From assembly GCA_965220965.1 (NCBI GenBank), contig CBDCRI010000001.1, positions 32,001-96,000 of the forward strand: 64,000 nucleotides of DNA. Reading direction: 5' to 3'. This stretch comes from Candidatus Marinacidobacterium sp. GTDB lineage: Bacteria > Acidobacteriota > Vicinamibacteria > Marinacidobacterales > Marinacidobacteraceae. Shown here piece after piece: positions 8,713-18,552 of the stretch. The notes beneath the pieces were generated by a model. That model did not search any database, was not told the DNA's origin, and saw only the letters and a program-made list of their open reading frames with translations. The position numbers and the translations under genes were made by a program. Numbering within the stretch: the stretch's first letter is position 1; every line of letters begins with the position of its first letter.

Positions 8713-9928
8713 GGCGCGGCGCGCGCCCCGGCGCGCCGCCGCGCTGCTTCTGGCCTGCCTGCCGCTGGCGGGCCCGGCCCTGGCGCAGCCGTCGTGGTCC
8801 GGGGAGCCCGCCGCGGGCCAGGGCCAGGCCGGCGAGGGGCCGCCGCCGCTGCCGGCCCGCGCCAGCGAGCCCTCCAGGGTGCTCTACACCGACGAGCAGC
8901 GCCAGGTGGTGGCGGACGTGTTCGGCGAGGAGGCCACCCTCAGCCTGACCCAGGACGAGGCCGCCCTGCTCGCCGCCCGCATCGCCGAGCTGGCCCGCCA
9001 GAGGAAGGAGATGGAGACCATGGCCCCGGAGCGGCGCCGGCTGATGGAGGCCATGATGAAGCAGATCGAGGAGGAGGCGCTGGTCCGCCAGCGGCCGCCG
9101 CCGCCGGAGCTGATCCGCGAGATGCGCCGCACGCAGCGCGACTCGGAAGCGGCCACCGAGCGGCCGCTGGCCCCGGTGCACCTGGCGATGCGCACCGTCC
9201 ACCACGAGCTCGGCAGCGTCCACGCGGTCGACCTGCGCGTCTCCCCCTCCTACGTCTCGACCTTGATTTTCGTGGACGCCGCGGGCGCGCCCTGGCCGGT
9301 CGCCCACCGCGTGCTCGGCGACAGCTCGGCCGTCTCCTCGGAGGTCCTGGACGACGGCAACGGCAACGTGGTGGTGGTGCAGAACAGCCAGCAGGCGCGC
9401 TTCCGGGAGAGCAGCGCGATGTTCATGCTGCGCGGGGCGCAGGCGCCGATCACCGTGCGCATCCTCGGCGACGACCGGGTGGTCGACGCCCGGCTGACCG
9501 TGCAGGTGCCGTCCTTCGGCCCGCTGTCCGGCGGCCGGCGCGACGTGGGCGACGGCCTCACGCACCGCGACTCGCGGATCATGGACATGCTCGGCGACCC
9601 CAACCAGGACTACGTCACGGCGCGCTTCCGCCTCGTCGCCCACGAGGGGACGGCGGACGGGCTGGCCCGGGTCGAGGCGCTGCGCACGGACGACGGCCGG
9701 GTGTTCGTGCGCGGCCCGATGCGGCTGGTGTCGCCGTCCTGGACCCAGCAGGCGGTGTCGGAGACCGGCATGCGGATCTACGAGGTGCCGCCGGTCCACC
9801 AGTACATCTTCGCGGTGGAGGGCGAGCGCGCCGGCCACGGCTTCGTGCACGCCCGCCTGGAGGCGCAGCTGCCGGTCCAGGTGCGCCTCGAGCCGCCGCC
9901 CCCCGAGCTCGCCGGCGCGGGGGGCTGA
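8696..9928 (+). CDS. dotH: DotH/IcmK/TraN family core-complex protein
   Basis: Signal peptide; SPSYVSTLIFVDAAGAPWPV, LRGAQAPITV, VDARLTVQVPSFGP and LVSPSW motifs. Confidence 0.85.
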   Translation: MTGAPEARRAPRRAAALLLACLPLAGPALAQPSWSGEPAAGQGQAGEGPPPLPARASEPSRVLYTDEQRQVVADVFGEEATLSLTQDEAALLAARIAELARQRKEMETMAPERRRLMEAMMKQIEEEALVRQRPPPPELIREMRRTQRDSEAATERPLAPVHLAMRTVHHELGSVHAVDLRVSPSYVSTLIFVDAAGAPWPVAHRVLGDSSAVSSEVLDDGNGNVVVVQNSQQARFRESSAMFMLRGAQAPITVRILGDDRVVDARLTVQVPSFGPLSGGRRDVGDGLTHRDSRIMDMLGDPNQDYVTARFRLVAHEGTADGLARVEALRTDDGRVFVRGPMRLVSPSWTQQAVSETGMRIYEVPPVHQYIFAVEGERAGHGFVHARLEAQLPVQVRLEPPPPELAGAGG

Positions 9929-9930
9929 GC

Positions 9931-11337
9931 GTGGCCGGCGTGGTCGAGGGCCTGTCGAACCTCCGCTCGCGGATGTCCGGGCGGACGGTGCTGATGATGG
10001 GCCTGACGTTCATCCTGGTGGTCGTCATGGGCGGCTACATGCTCCTCAACTACGGCGGCGACGGCGGGGCGGAGGCGCCGGCGGCGCTGCCCGACCTCGA
10101 GGACGACGGCAGCGCCCGGCTGCGCGGCCTGCCCGAGCTGGAGGTCCGGCCGCCCTCCCTGACCGAGGCCGTCGAGACGGGCGGCGCGGGGCTGGTCGAG
10201 CGGGAGGAGGCGGAGATCGCCCGGGAGGAGGTGGAGCGGATCGCCGAGCGGGCCGCCGAGTCGCCCGCCGACGAGGCCTTCGTGGCCCAGCTGGAACGCA
10301 TGGTGCCGGTGGCCGGCCCGGCCGTGGAGGTGCGCGAGCCGGCCGCGCCGACCCCGCTCGACGGCGCCCTGCCGCCCCTCGGGGCCGACGGCGGGCCGGC
10401 GCTGCCCACGGTCCCGCCCGAGCCCGACGGCGAGGCCCCGGCGGGGCTGCCGCCCGGCGTGTCCGCGGAGCGCGAGCTGTTCGCGCGCGAGCCGAACCAG
10501 CACTTCGACCCCAGCCGCGTCAGGACGCCGAGCGCCAACGTGCAGGCGGAGTTCGACCGGCTGGCGGACTTCCGCGCGGCCTACCAGGCGAGGATCGCCG
10601 AGAGCCTGGCCAAGGGCGCCGACGGCGGCGCCTTCTCGATCGCCTCCTTCGACGGCGGCGAGGCGCCGCCGGCCGGGGGCGCGGACCCGCTGGCCGACCT
10701 GCCGCCGGCCGACGTGCTCTGGCGCGGCCTGCCCGGGGACATCCTCTACGGCTTCCTCGACGCCGACGTCAACTCCGACCACCTGCACCAGGTGGTCGCC
10801 ACGGTCGGCGACGGCGGGCCGCTCGACGGCGCCGTGCTGGTCGGGCAGCCGGCCCTGCTCGGCGCCAAGCGCATCATCATCGAGTTCTCCTCCATGCACT
10901 TCGGCGGCCGCGAGCTGCCGATCGACGCGGTGGCGGTGAACCCGCGCACCCTGGAGGTGGCGATGGCCGACTCGGTCAACTCCCACGTGCTCGACCGCTA
11001 CGGCTCCATCGTGCTGGCCTCGCTGATGCGCGGCTACGCGGAGTCGCTGCGCCAGGACGTGATCGTGCACACCCAGGCCGGGCCGGTCGTCTACAGCAGC
11101 GTCGGCCCGACGTCCACGGGCGACGGCGACGGCGGCGACGGGCAGCCGGTGACGCAGATCGTCACCCGGCCCGACCCGTCCACCGAGGACCGCCTGGTCA
11201 CCGCCGCCGGGGAGGTGGCGGACGTGCTGATCCCGACGCTGCGGGACCGGCTGTCGCGGCCGCCGACGGTGAAGGTCTTCGCCCGGTCCGGCGTCGGCAT
11301 CAAGCTGCTCTCCCCGCTCACCGTCCCGCGCCGCTGA
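9931..11337 (+). CDS. dotG: DotG/IcmE (VirB10/TrbI-like) protein
   Basis: N-terminal TM and Pro-rich linker; C-terminal GDILYGFLDADVNSD, GPLDGAVLVG, IDAVAV, VNSHVLDRYG, RPPTVKV..GVGI. Confidence 0.85.
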   Translation: MAGVVEGLSNLRSRMSGRTVLMMGLTFILVVVMGGYMLLNYGGDGGAEAPAALPDLEDDGSARLRGLPELEVRPPSLTEAVETGGAGLVEREEAEIAREEVERIAERAAESPADEAFVAQLERMVPVAGPAVEVREPAAPTPLDGALPPLGADGGPALPTVPPEPDGEAPAGLPPGVSAERELFAREPNQHFDPSRVRTPSANVQAEFDRLADFRAAYQARIAESLAKGADGGAFSIASFDGGEAPPAGGADPLADLPPADVLWRGLPGDILYGFLDADVNSDHLHQVVATVGDGGPLDGAVLVGQPALLGAKRIIIEFSSMHFGGRELPIDAVAVNPRTLEVAMADSVNSHVLDRYGSIVLASLMRGYAESLRQDVIVHTQAGPVVYSSVGPTSTGDGDGGDGQPVTQIVTRPDPSTEDRLVTAAGEVADVLIPTLRDRLSRPPTVKVFARSGVGIKLLSPLTVPRR

Positions 11338-11349
11338 CGCGCCAGGCCC

Positions 11350-13527
11350 GTGACCGAGTACAGGGAGTTCCTCGAGGGGGTCTCGGCCACCCACGCGCTG
11401 AACCCGGAGGCGCGCCGCCACCTCGCCGACATCCTCGCCGAGGAGGCGGCCGGGCGGACGGCGTCCTTCGAGGCCGGCGCCTCCAGCGCCGACGCGGTGC
11501 ACTCCGAGGCCGCCAAGCGCCTCCTGGCCCAGCCGGCGGCGTTCGCCGCCGAGGAGCCGGACGGCGGGGAGCCGGCGGCCCCGGAGCCTCCGGAGGCCCC
11601 GGGCGCCGCCGCCCTGGCCGCCGCTGCGACCCGGCTGTTCGCGATGGAGGACGCGGCGCGGGCTGACGGGGGCGACGCCGCGGCCGGTGGGGCGCCGGAC
11701 CCGAACGGGGCGGACCCGGCCCACGAGGCCGCGGGGCTTGGGGCGGAGGCGGCGCGCGCCCCCGCCGCGGGCCGGGCCGGCGACGGCGACCAAGTCCTTG
11801 CCGGCATACGGTTCGAGCTGGCGGGGGAGGGGGAGGCCCTGCCCGGGGCCGCGGAAGGGGCGCCGGAGGGCGCGTCCGAGGAGCCCGGCCCCGACGGGGC
11901 GGCGGACCGGGGGCTGGACGCCTCCCGCCTCGACGCCCTGCTCGGCGGGCCCCGCCGGGCCGGCGCGCCGCAGCCGGCGCCCGCCCCGGACCCGGAGGCG
12001 ACGGCCCTCCCGGATCCGGACCCGGACGCGGATCCGCGCGAGGCCCCGGACGCCGCGGCGGCGCCGGAGGGCGCGGAGACCGGCGCCGAGGCCGTGGGTT
12101 CCGGGCGGGAGGCGGCGGGTCCGCCCCCGGACCGGGCAGGCGGCCCGCCGGAGGCCGACGGCGGCGCGCCCCCAGGCCCGCCCCCGCCGTTGGCGCCCGA
12201 CCCGCCCGCGGACGTGGGCGCGGACGCGGACGTTGAGGCGGGGCCGGCGCCTGGCGCCGGGGACGGCGCGGCGCTGCTCGAGTGGGAGGCGGACGCCGCG
12301 GACCTGGCCCCGCCCGCCGCGGCGGAGGCGCCCGCGCCGCCGGGGGCCGCCCCAGCGGCGGATCCCGGGGAGGCCGAGGCCTCCCCAGACGGCCCGGCCG
12401 GCCCGGAGGAGGCGGATGCCGAACCAAGGACAAGCGCAACGGAGGGACACCCCATGAAAACACTGCTCAAGTGGACGCTCGGCAGCGCCGTGCTGGCGGC
12501 CTGCGCCTACGGGGGGTACGTGCTGCTCGGCGGCTTCGCCGGCGGCGGCGCGCCCGCCGGCCCCGACCCGTTGGCGGCCGCCGCCGGGAGCGCGCTCGAC
12601 CCCCTGGGCGACCCGGCGCCCCCCTCGGGGCCGCTGGCGCCGCCGGGCGTGGAGGACGGCGCCGCCGCCCCCGCGGACCCGCTGGCGGCGGGCGACGGGA
12701 CGGGCCTGGCGGAGCTCCTGCCACCGTCCGCCGGCCCCGCGGAGGCCGTGCCGGCGCCGCCTCCAGGCGGCGGCCCCGAGGACGGCCTGGCCGGCCGCAT
12801 GGAGGCGCTGGCCGAGCGGATGGACGGGCTGGACCGGGAGCTGGCGGAGCGCGCCGACGCCTTGGCGGGTGCCATCGACGGCCTGGTGGCGGACATGGCC
12901 GGCATCCGCGAGCGCCAGGGCCTGATCCTGCAGTCGATCGAGGGGGTGGTCGAGGCGGTCGACCTGGCGCGCGCCGAGCTCGACCCCGCCCGCGCGCCCC
13001 GGCCCGGCGCGCCGGCCCAAGCGGGGGGCGCCTCCCAGCCGGCCGCCCCGCGGGTCCCGTCCTTCGAGCCGTGGGCCGAGTACCAGCTGCTGGGGGCGGC
13101 CGGCCGCCCGGAGGACGGGCTGTTCTTCCTGCACGTCCCCTCGCAGCGGGCCTTCGTCCACCGGCCGGGCGACGCCCTGTTCGACGGCCGCCAGGACGTC
13201 GCCGTGGCGCTGGTCCATCCCGGCGGCATCGTCTTCGAGGGCGGGCGCTACATCGGGGCGGCGCCCGTCGCGGGGGCCGCCCCGTCCCCCGGGGCCCCGG
13301 CGGCGTCCGGCCGCCGCCTGCTGGCGGAGTGGCAGTACCTCGGCACGGCCGCCGGGGCGTCCGGGGGCGGCGTCCTGCACATCTTCCAGTCGCCGGCCTC
13401 CGAGGTGGTCATGCTCGGCGAGGGCGAGCAGCTGCGCGGCCACGGCGCGGTGATGGGCGTGGGCCCGGACGGGCGCATGCTGATCGGCGGCGAGCACTAC
13501 CTGCCCGCGCCTGGGGGGCCGCGGTGA
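11350..13527 (+). CDS. DotF/IcmG/TraP-like protein with long acidic Pro/Ala-rich N-terminus
   Basis: Follows dotG. Acidic region, TM helix, coiled coil and two similar C-terminal beta modules (EYQLLGAAG, EWQYLGTAA). Alternative in-frame start at 12454. Confidence 0.5.
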   Translation: MTEYREFLEGVSATHALNPEARRHLADILAEEAAGRTASFEAGASSADAVHSEAAKRLLAQPAAFAAEEPDGGEPAAPEPPEAPGAAALAAAATRLFAMEDAARADGGDAAAGGAPDPNGADPAHEAAGLGAEAARAPAAGRAGDGDQVLAGIRFELAGEGEALPGAAEGAPEGASEEPGPDGAADRGLDASRLDALLGGPRRAGAPQPAPAPDPEATALPDPDPDADPREAPDAAAAPEGAETGAEAVGSGREAAGPPPDRAGGPPEADGGAPPGPPPPLAPDPPADVGADADVEAGPAPGAGDGAALLEWEADAADLAPPAAAEAPAPPGAAPAADPGEAEASPDGPAGPEEADAEPRTSATEGHPMKTLLKWTLGSAVLAACAYGGYVLLGGFAGGGAPAGPDPLAAAAGSALDPLGDPAPPSGPLAPPGVEDGAAAPADPLAAGDGTGLAELLPPSAGPAEAVPAPPPGGGPEDGLAGRMEALAERMDGLDRELAERADALAGAIDGLVADMAGIRERQGLILQSIEGVVEAVDLARAELDPARAPRPGAPAQAGGASQPAAPRVPSFEPWAEYQLLGAAGRPEDGLFFLHVPSQRAFVHRPGDALFDGRQDVAVALVHPGGIVFEGGRYIGAAPVAGAAPSPGAPAASGRRLLAEWQYLGTAAGASGGGVLHIFQSPASEVVMLGEGEQLRGHGAVMGVGPDGRMLIGGEHYLPAPGGPR

Positions 13528-13538
13528 GGCCCGCGCCC

Positions 13539-13808
13539 CTACTCGAACCAGAGGACGATGCGCAGGAGCAGCGCGAGGAAGGCGCGCAGCGCCCACATGG
13601 AGTAGCCCGCGGCGTTGTGCGCGGCGGCGTCCGCCACCGGCAGCACCCAGTGGTACCAGAGCACGACCAGCAGCAGGCCGACGGGAATCTTGAACGCGAG
13701 CAGGGACGCCACCTGGGCCGTGGCGCGCAGCGCGGAGGCCACGCCGGGCCGGCCCGCGCTCCTGAGCCGGGCCAAGCCTGCCAACACATAACCGGAGAAC
13801 CCAATCAT
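13539..13808 (-). CDS. Small membrane protein
   Basis: Two hydrophobic helices; TATAAT 8 nt upstream of the ATG. Confidence 0.5.
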   Translation of the reverse strand: MIGFSGYVLAGLARLRSAGRPGVASALRATAQVASLLAFKIPVGLLLVVLWYHWVLPVADAAAHNAAGYSMWALRAFLALLLRIVLWFE

Positions 13809-14370
13809 GCCTTCACATTATAACCCGAAAGCCCCGTCCCGCGGCGGGGCGGCCGGCGGGCGCCGGCTCCTCCTCCTGGGCGCCCTCGCGGCGCTGTGCG
13901 CCGCGCCCGCCCCCGACGCCCAGGCGCGCCTGTACGTGCACGTCGAGCCCGGGCAGGAGGCGGCGGCGGAGCCGGGCGGCTGGCCGGGCGCGGCCGGCCT
14001 GCCGGACGGCGGCGCGGCGGCCGCCGAGCCGCGGCCGGTGGACCGCTCGCGGGTCCACGTGCTGCCCACCGACCGCTCCGTGGCGGAGAGCATCGAGGCG
14101 TGGGCGCTGGCCGAGGGCTGGCGCATCCGCTGGGAGGCGACGATGCCGCCGATCCGCCCGCGGCGCACGACGCGCTACTTCGGCTCGGTGGACCATCCCG
14201 ACGGGGCGCTGGCCATGGTGCTCGACCGCATCTCGCCCATCGTCGACCTGTCCGCGGAGGTGCATCCGGAGGACCGCGTCATCGCGATACGGGAGTGGCG
14301 CGCGCCTAAGTGGGAGGGGCAGGAGTTCCGTCTGGTCGATCCGGAGACGGGGATGACGCTAGATTTCTGA
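13807..14370 (+). CDS. Secreted TcpQ/PilL-like domain protein
   Basis: Signal peptide; DRSVAESIEAWALAEGWRIRWE resembles the TcpQ domain. Confidence 0.55.
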   Translation: MPSHYNPKAPSRGGAAGGRRLLLLGALAALCAAPAPDAQARLYVHVEPGQEAAAEPGGWPGAAGLPDGGAAAAEPRPVDRSRVHVLPTDRSVAESIEAWALAEGWRIRWEATMPPIRPRRTTRYFGSVDHPDGALAMVLDRISPIVDLSAEVHPEDRVIAIREWRAPKWEGQEFRLVDPETGMTLDF

Positions 14371-15202
14371 AGTGGCGCGCGAGCACGGCGCTGTCGGTCG
14401 ACAGCCGCCAGCCGCCAGCCGCCCGCCCCACCGAAGGCCGCAGCGCGCGCAGCTCGCGCAGCCGCTCCCGGTGGCCGGGCACCCGGTGCGGGGCGACGCC
14501 GGCCTGCCCGGCGAACAGCGCCATGCCCTCAAGCTCCTGCTCCAGCCGCGCCTCGCGGTCCACGTCGGCCAGCTTGCGCACCACCCCGACCACGCCGCCG
14601 CCGGGGGCCGGCCAGAGCGCGACCAGGGGACGGCCCGGCCGGTTGACCGGGCAGAAGGCGAGCCGGACGTCGTCCGCGCCCCCGAACGACAGCTCGCCGA
14701 GCAGGGTGCCGGTGACCGCCTCGCCGTCCTCCAGGCTGGTGGACTTCAGGAACGCCTGGGTGTCCGGGTACTGCGTCACCGTCAGGCGCGACTCCAGCCG
14801 GACCAGCGGCACCGCGCCGCCCTCGCCGACCAGCAGCCCGGGCTTGCGCAGCAGCAGGCGCCCCAGGGCGGGGTGCGGCTCCGCGGCTGACCACAGGCGG
14901 TCGGCGCCGTCCGGCGCCCGGACCAGGTGCGCGCCCTTGCGGTAGGCGGGGTAGGCCAGGAAGCCGGGGCGCAGGGCGGCGCCTTCGGCTGGGCCGTCAA
15001 CGATCTGCACGGGGCCGTCGAGGCCGTCGGCGAGCAGGCGGCCGCGCTCGTGCAGGGGCGCCGGGTTGGACGCCGCCCAGCTCCGGCCGCCGGCGTGCAC
15101 GCGCCACCCGCCGCCGGCCTCGCGGCAGGCGAAGGCGCCGGGCCGCGGGGCCGGCTCGTGGGCCTCGCGGATGGCGATGACCGTTGAGCCCTTCAGGTCC
15201 AT
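14306..15202 (-). CDS. Hypothetical protein, last gene of the dnaE operon
   Basis: 298-aa ORF starting 16 bp after the dnaE stop. Confidence 0.6.
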   Translation of the reverse strand: MDLKGSTVIAIREAHEPAPRPGAFACREAGGGWRVHAGGRSWAASNPAPLHERGRLLADGLDGPVQIVDGPAEGAALRPGFLAYPAYRKGAHLVRAPDGADRLWSAAEPHPALGRLLLRKPGLLVGEGGAVPLVRLESRLTVTQYPDTQAFLKSTSLEDGEAVTGTLLGELSFGGADDVRLAFCPVNRPGRPLVALWPAPGGGVVGVVRKLADVDREARLEQELEGMALFAGQAGVAPHRVPGHRERLRELRALRPSVGRAAGGWRLSTDSAVLARHFRNLASSPSPDRPDGTPAPPT

Positions 15203-15218
15203 GCGCCGCCCGCCCGCC

Positions 15219-18200
15219 TCAGGCGGCCGGCTCGAAGGCCTCGCGGAGCCGCCGCTCCGAGGCCTCGAGCCGTTCGCGCGCCTGGCGCACCTGGTCGACG
15301 GTGGCGGCGGCCGAGGCGGCCGCCGGGCCGCCCGCGGGCGGGCCGTCCGCGGGCTCCCCGTGGCTGAAGGCGACGCGCGCCTCGCCGCCGGCGGCCTCGG
15401 CGATGGCCTCGCAGAAGTCCTGGGTGGGCAGCACGTGCCAGGTCTCGCCGCCCATCGACAGCGGGGTCGGCCCGCGCTCGGCGCCCTCGAGGAACGCCCT
15501 TACCGCCGCCGCGCGCTCCGCCGGCGGGTCCACGCGAATGGCTGCGGTGCGCTCCAGCCGGAGCTGCGCCAGCCCCGCCAGGGCGGAGGCGCGCGCCACC
15601 GGCAGGCCGTCGTTGCGCGGGTCGGGCCTGACGGTGACCTCGGCGCGCACGCACTGGTCCACCGCCAGCGCCGCCTCGCAGCCCTCCGCGACGCTGTCCG
15701 GCACCTCCACCGAAATCGCCCCGGTGCCGTCGTCGAGGGTGATGCGGCAGGCCACCGGGCCGTTGCCGCGGCTCCGCTCCACGCTGGAGACGGCGCCGAT
15801 GAAGGTCGCCTGGCGGCGGCCCTCCGGGCGCCCCACCGCGCCGATGGCGTCGGGGCGCAGGTGCTTCGCGAACGAGCGGTACAGGTCCATGGGGTGGTGG
15901 TCGAGGTAGACGCCGAGCGCGCCGAGCTGCGCGCGGCGCCGCTCCTTGGCCGTCCAGGGCCGGGCCTCGCCGTCGAAGAAGCCGCCGCCGCCCTCGATGG
16001 CCCGCGCCACGGCGCCCTGCTCGCCGAAGCCGCGCAGTGCCCCCGCCTCGTTGAGCGAGGCGGCCACCCGGCGGTTGATGCCGGTCCGGGCCATGAGGTC
16101 CTCCAGCGAGGCGTAGGGGCCGTTGGCGGCGCGCTCGTCGAGCAGCTTGCCCAGGGCCACCTTGCCGACGTTGCGCACCGCGCCGAGCCCGAACGCGATG
16201 CGCCCGTCGCGGGTCGGCTCGAAGCCGGCCTTCGAGGCGTTGACGTCGGGGGCGAGGATGGCCACCCCGCAGCGCCTGGCCTCGGCCAGCGCGGGCATCA
16301 GCCGGTCGTTGCGGCCCGCGGAGCAGCTCAGCACCGCGGCGAAGTGGATGTGCGGGTGGCGCGCCTTGAGGAAGGCGGTCTCGCAGCTCAGCTTGGCGTA
16401 GGCCACCGAGTGGCTCTTGTTGAACCCGTAGCCGGCGAAGTTGGCCATCAGGTCGAAGACCGCCGCCGCGTCGGCCTCGCCGAGGACGCCGGCCGCCCGC
16501 GCGCCGGCCATGAAGCGCTGGCGCTCCTCGGCCATGATCTCCGGGCGCTTCTTGCCCATCGCCTTGCGCAGCGAGTCCGCCTCGCCGGCGCTGTAGCCGG
16601 CCAGCAGGCGGGCGGCGTCCATGACCTGCTCCTGGTAGAGGAATATGCCCTGGGTGTCGCGCAGCACGCCCTCCAGCGCCGGGTGCGGGTAGGCGGTCGC
16701 CGCCTGGCCGCGCTTGCGCTTGATGGCGTCCTCCACCATGCCCGACTGCAGCGGCCCCGGCCGGTACATGGCCACCGCCGCGCACAGGTCGGCGAAGCGC
16801 TCCGGCCGGTACTGGCGCAGCAGGTTCTGCATGCCGGCCTCCTCGAGCTGGAACACCGTGCGGGTGGCGCCGCTGGCGAGCAGCTCGTAGATGGCCGGGT
16901 CCTCGAGGTCGAAGGCCTCGTCGAAGTCCACCCCCGCCACCTGGCCGAGCATGGCCTTCGCCACCTGCAGGATGCGCAGGGTGCGCAGCCCCAGGAAGTC
17001 GAACTTGACCAGCCCCGCCCGCTCCGCGTCGTCGCCGGTGATCTGCAGGGTCGGCAGCCCGCCGTCGGAGCGCACCGGCGCCACCTCGGAGACCGGGAAG
17101 GGGGCGATGACCACCCCCGCCGGGTGCGTGCCGGCCTGCCGGGCGGTGCCGGCGAGGGACGCGGCGCGCTCGATCAGCAGCCTGGCCTCGCGGTCGCGCT
17201 CCACCACCCGGGCGAGCGCCTCCTCGTCGTCGGAGGCCTGCGCCAGGCGGTGGGCGGTGGCGTGCGGCACGCCCAGCGCGCGCGCCACGTCCTTGATCGC
17301 CGTCTTGGTCCGCGCCGTGGCCACCGTGGCCAGGCTGGCCACCCGGTCCGCCCCGTAGCGCTCGCGGACGTAGGCGATCACCTCGTGGCGCCGCTCCGGG
17401 TCGAAGTCGATGTCGAAGTCGGGGAGCGCCTCGCGCTCCGGGTTGAGGAAGCGCTCGAAGATCAGCCCGTGCTCCAAGGGGTCCACGTCGGTGATGCCGA
17501 GCGCCCAGGCCACCAGCGAGCCGGCCCCGGAGCCGCGGCCCGGGCCGACGGCGATGCCCTCGCGCCGGGCGTGCTCCACGAAGTCCAGGACGATCAGGAA
17601 GTAGGGCGCGAAGCCCTTGCCGACGATCACCCGCAGCTCGTGGACGGCCCGCTCCCGGTAGTTGGCGGGGACGGCGCCGAGGCGGGCCGCCAGCCCCTGC
17701 CCGACCCGCTCCTTGAGCGCCGCCACAGGGTCCGCGCCGCCGACGTCGGTGGGCAGCCGCGGGGCCGACAGCGGGAACGGGGCGCGGCAGGCGCCGACCA
17801 CCGCCAGGGTGTTGGCGACCGCCTCCGGCAGGTCCGCGAAGATGCGCGCCATCTCCTCCGGGGGCTTGAGCCAATGGTGCTGCGAGCCCCGCGCCAGCAG
17901 CTGCTGCGCCACCTCCGCGGCCGGCGCCTTGCGGCGCACGGCGACCGACAGGATGTGCCCGGCGTGGTCGCGGTCGCGCAGGTAGCGCACCGGGTTGGTG
18001 GCCACCAGGGGCAGCCCGGCGGCGTCCGCCAGGCGCACCAGCGCCCGGTTGGCCGCCCGCTCGCCGGGCACCCCGACCCGCTGCACCTCGACCAGCAGCC
18101 GGCCCGGCGCCGCCTGGCCGACGCCGTCGAGCCAGGCCCGCGCCTCGGCCTCCGCCCCGCGCCCCAGGGCCTGGGGCAGGAAGGCGCCGGGGCCGGCCCC

Positions 18201-18551
18201 GGAGAGCAGCACCCAGTCGCGGCCGCGCTCGGCGAGGTCGGAGAGCCGCAGGCCCAGCGGGGCCTCCAGCGTGCGGCACAGCGCCACGCGCCCCTCGGGC
18301 GTGGTCGGGTAGGCCTTCACCTCCCCGTCGCCCCAGGGCGTGGCCAGCGCCAGCCGGGCGCCGACCGGCGCCCGCAGGCCGGCGGCCTTTGCCGCGTCCT
18401 GCACCGCCAGGGCGCCGAGCAGGTTGCGGTCGGCGACGCCCACGGAAGCCATTCCCAGAGCCCGGCACTGCTCGGCCAGGCGCTCGGCGGTGGCGGTGGA
18501 GCCGCCGAAGCCGCGGTCCGTCTCCACGTCCAGGTGGGCGAAGCCGGCCAC
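15219..18551 (-). CDS. dnaE: DNA polymerase III alpha subunit (DnaE1-like)
   Basis: PHP domain, GPGRGSGAGS, FERFLNPER, PDFDIDF, THPAGVVI, KFDFLGL, YQEQVM, YGFNKSHS and a C-terminal OB fold; GTG start inferred. Confidence 0.95.
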   Translation of the reverse strand: MAGFAHLDVETDRGFGGSTATAERLAEQCRALGMASVGVADRNLLGALAVQDAAKAAGLRAPVGARLALATPWGDGEVKAYPTTPEGRVALCRTLEAPLGLRLSDLAERGRDWVLLSGAGPGAFLPQALGRGAEAEARAWLDGVGQAAPGRLLVEVQRVGVPGERAANRALVRLADAAGLPLVATNPVRYLRDRDHAGHILSVAVRRKAPAAEVAQQLLARGSQHHWLKPPEEMARIFADLPEAVANTLAVVGACRAPFPLSAPRLPTDVGGADPVAALKERVGQGLAARLGAVPANYRERAVHELRVIVGKGFAPYFLIVLDFVEHARREGIAVGPGRGSGAGSLVAWALGITDVDPLEHGLIFERFLNPEREALPDFDIDFDPERRHEVIAYVRERYGADRVASLATVATARTKTAIKDVARALGVPHATAHRLAQASDDEEALARVVERDREARLLIERAASLAGTARQAGTHPAGVVIAPFPVSEVAPVRSDGGLPTLQITGDDAERAGLVKFDFLGLRTLRILQVAKAMLGQVAGVDFDEAFDLEDPAIYELLASGATRTVFQLEEAGMQNLLRQYRPERFADLCAAVAMYRPGPLQSGMVEDAIKRKRGQAATAYPHPALEGVLRDTQGIFLYQEQVMDAARLLAGYSAGEADSLRKAMGKKRPEIMAEERQRFMAGARAAGVLGEADAAAVFDLMANFAGYGFNKSHSVAYAKLSCETAFLKARHPHIHFAAVLSCSAGRNDRLMPALAEARRCGVAILAPDVNASKAGFEPTRDGRIAFGLGAVRNVGKVALGKLLDERAANGPYASLEDLMARTGINRRVAASLNEAGALRGFGEQGAVARAIEGGGGFFDGEARPWTAKERRRAQLGALGVYLDHHPMDLYRSFAKHLRPDAIGAVGRPEGRRQATFIGAVSSVERSRGNGPVACRITLDDGTGAISVEVPDSVAEGCEAALAVDQCVRAEVTVRPDPRNDGLPVARASALAGLAQLRLERTAAIRVDPPAERAAAVRAFLEGAERGPTPLSMGGETWHVLPTQDFCEAIAEAAGGEARVAFSHGEPADGPPAGGPAAASAAATVDQVRQARERLEASERRLREAFEPAA

Positions 18552-18552
18552 C

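Noticed and set aside
15219-18551. DnaE2/ImuC mutagenesis cassette
   Set aside because: Motifs are DnaE1-type (RGSGAGS, GFNKSH rather than RGSAANS, GFPESH) and no imuA/imuB is adjacent.
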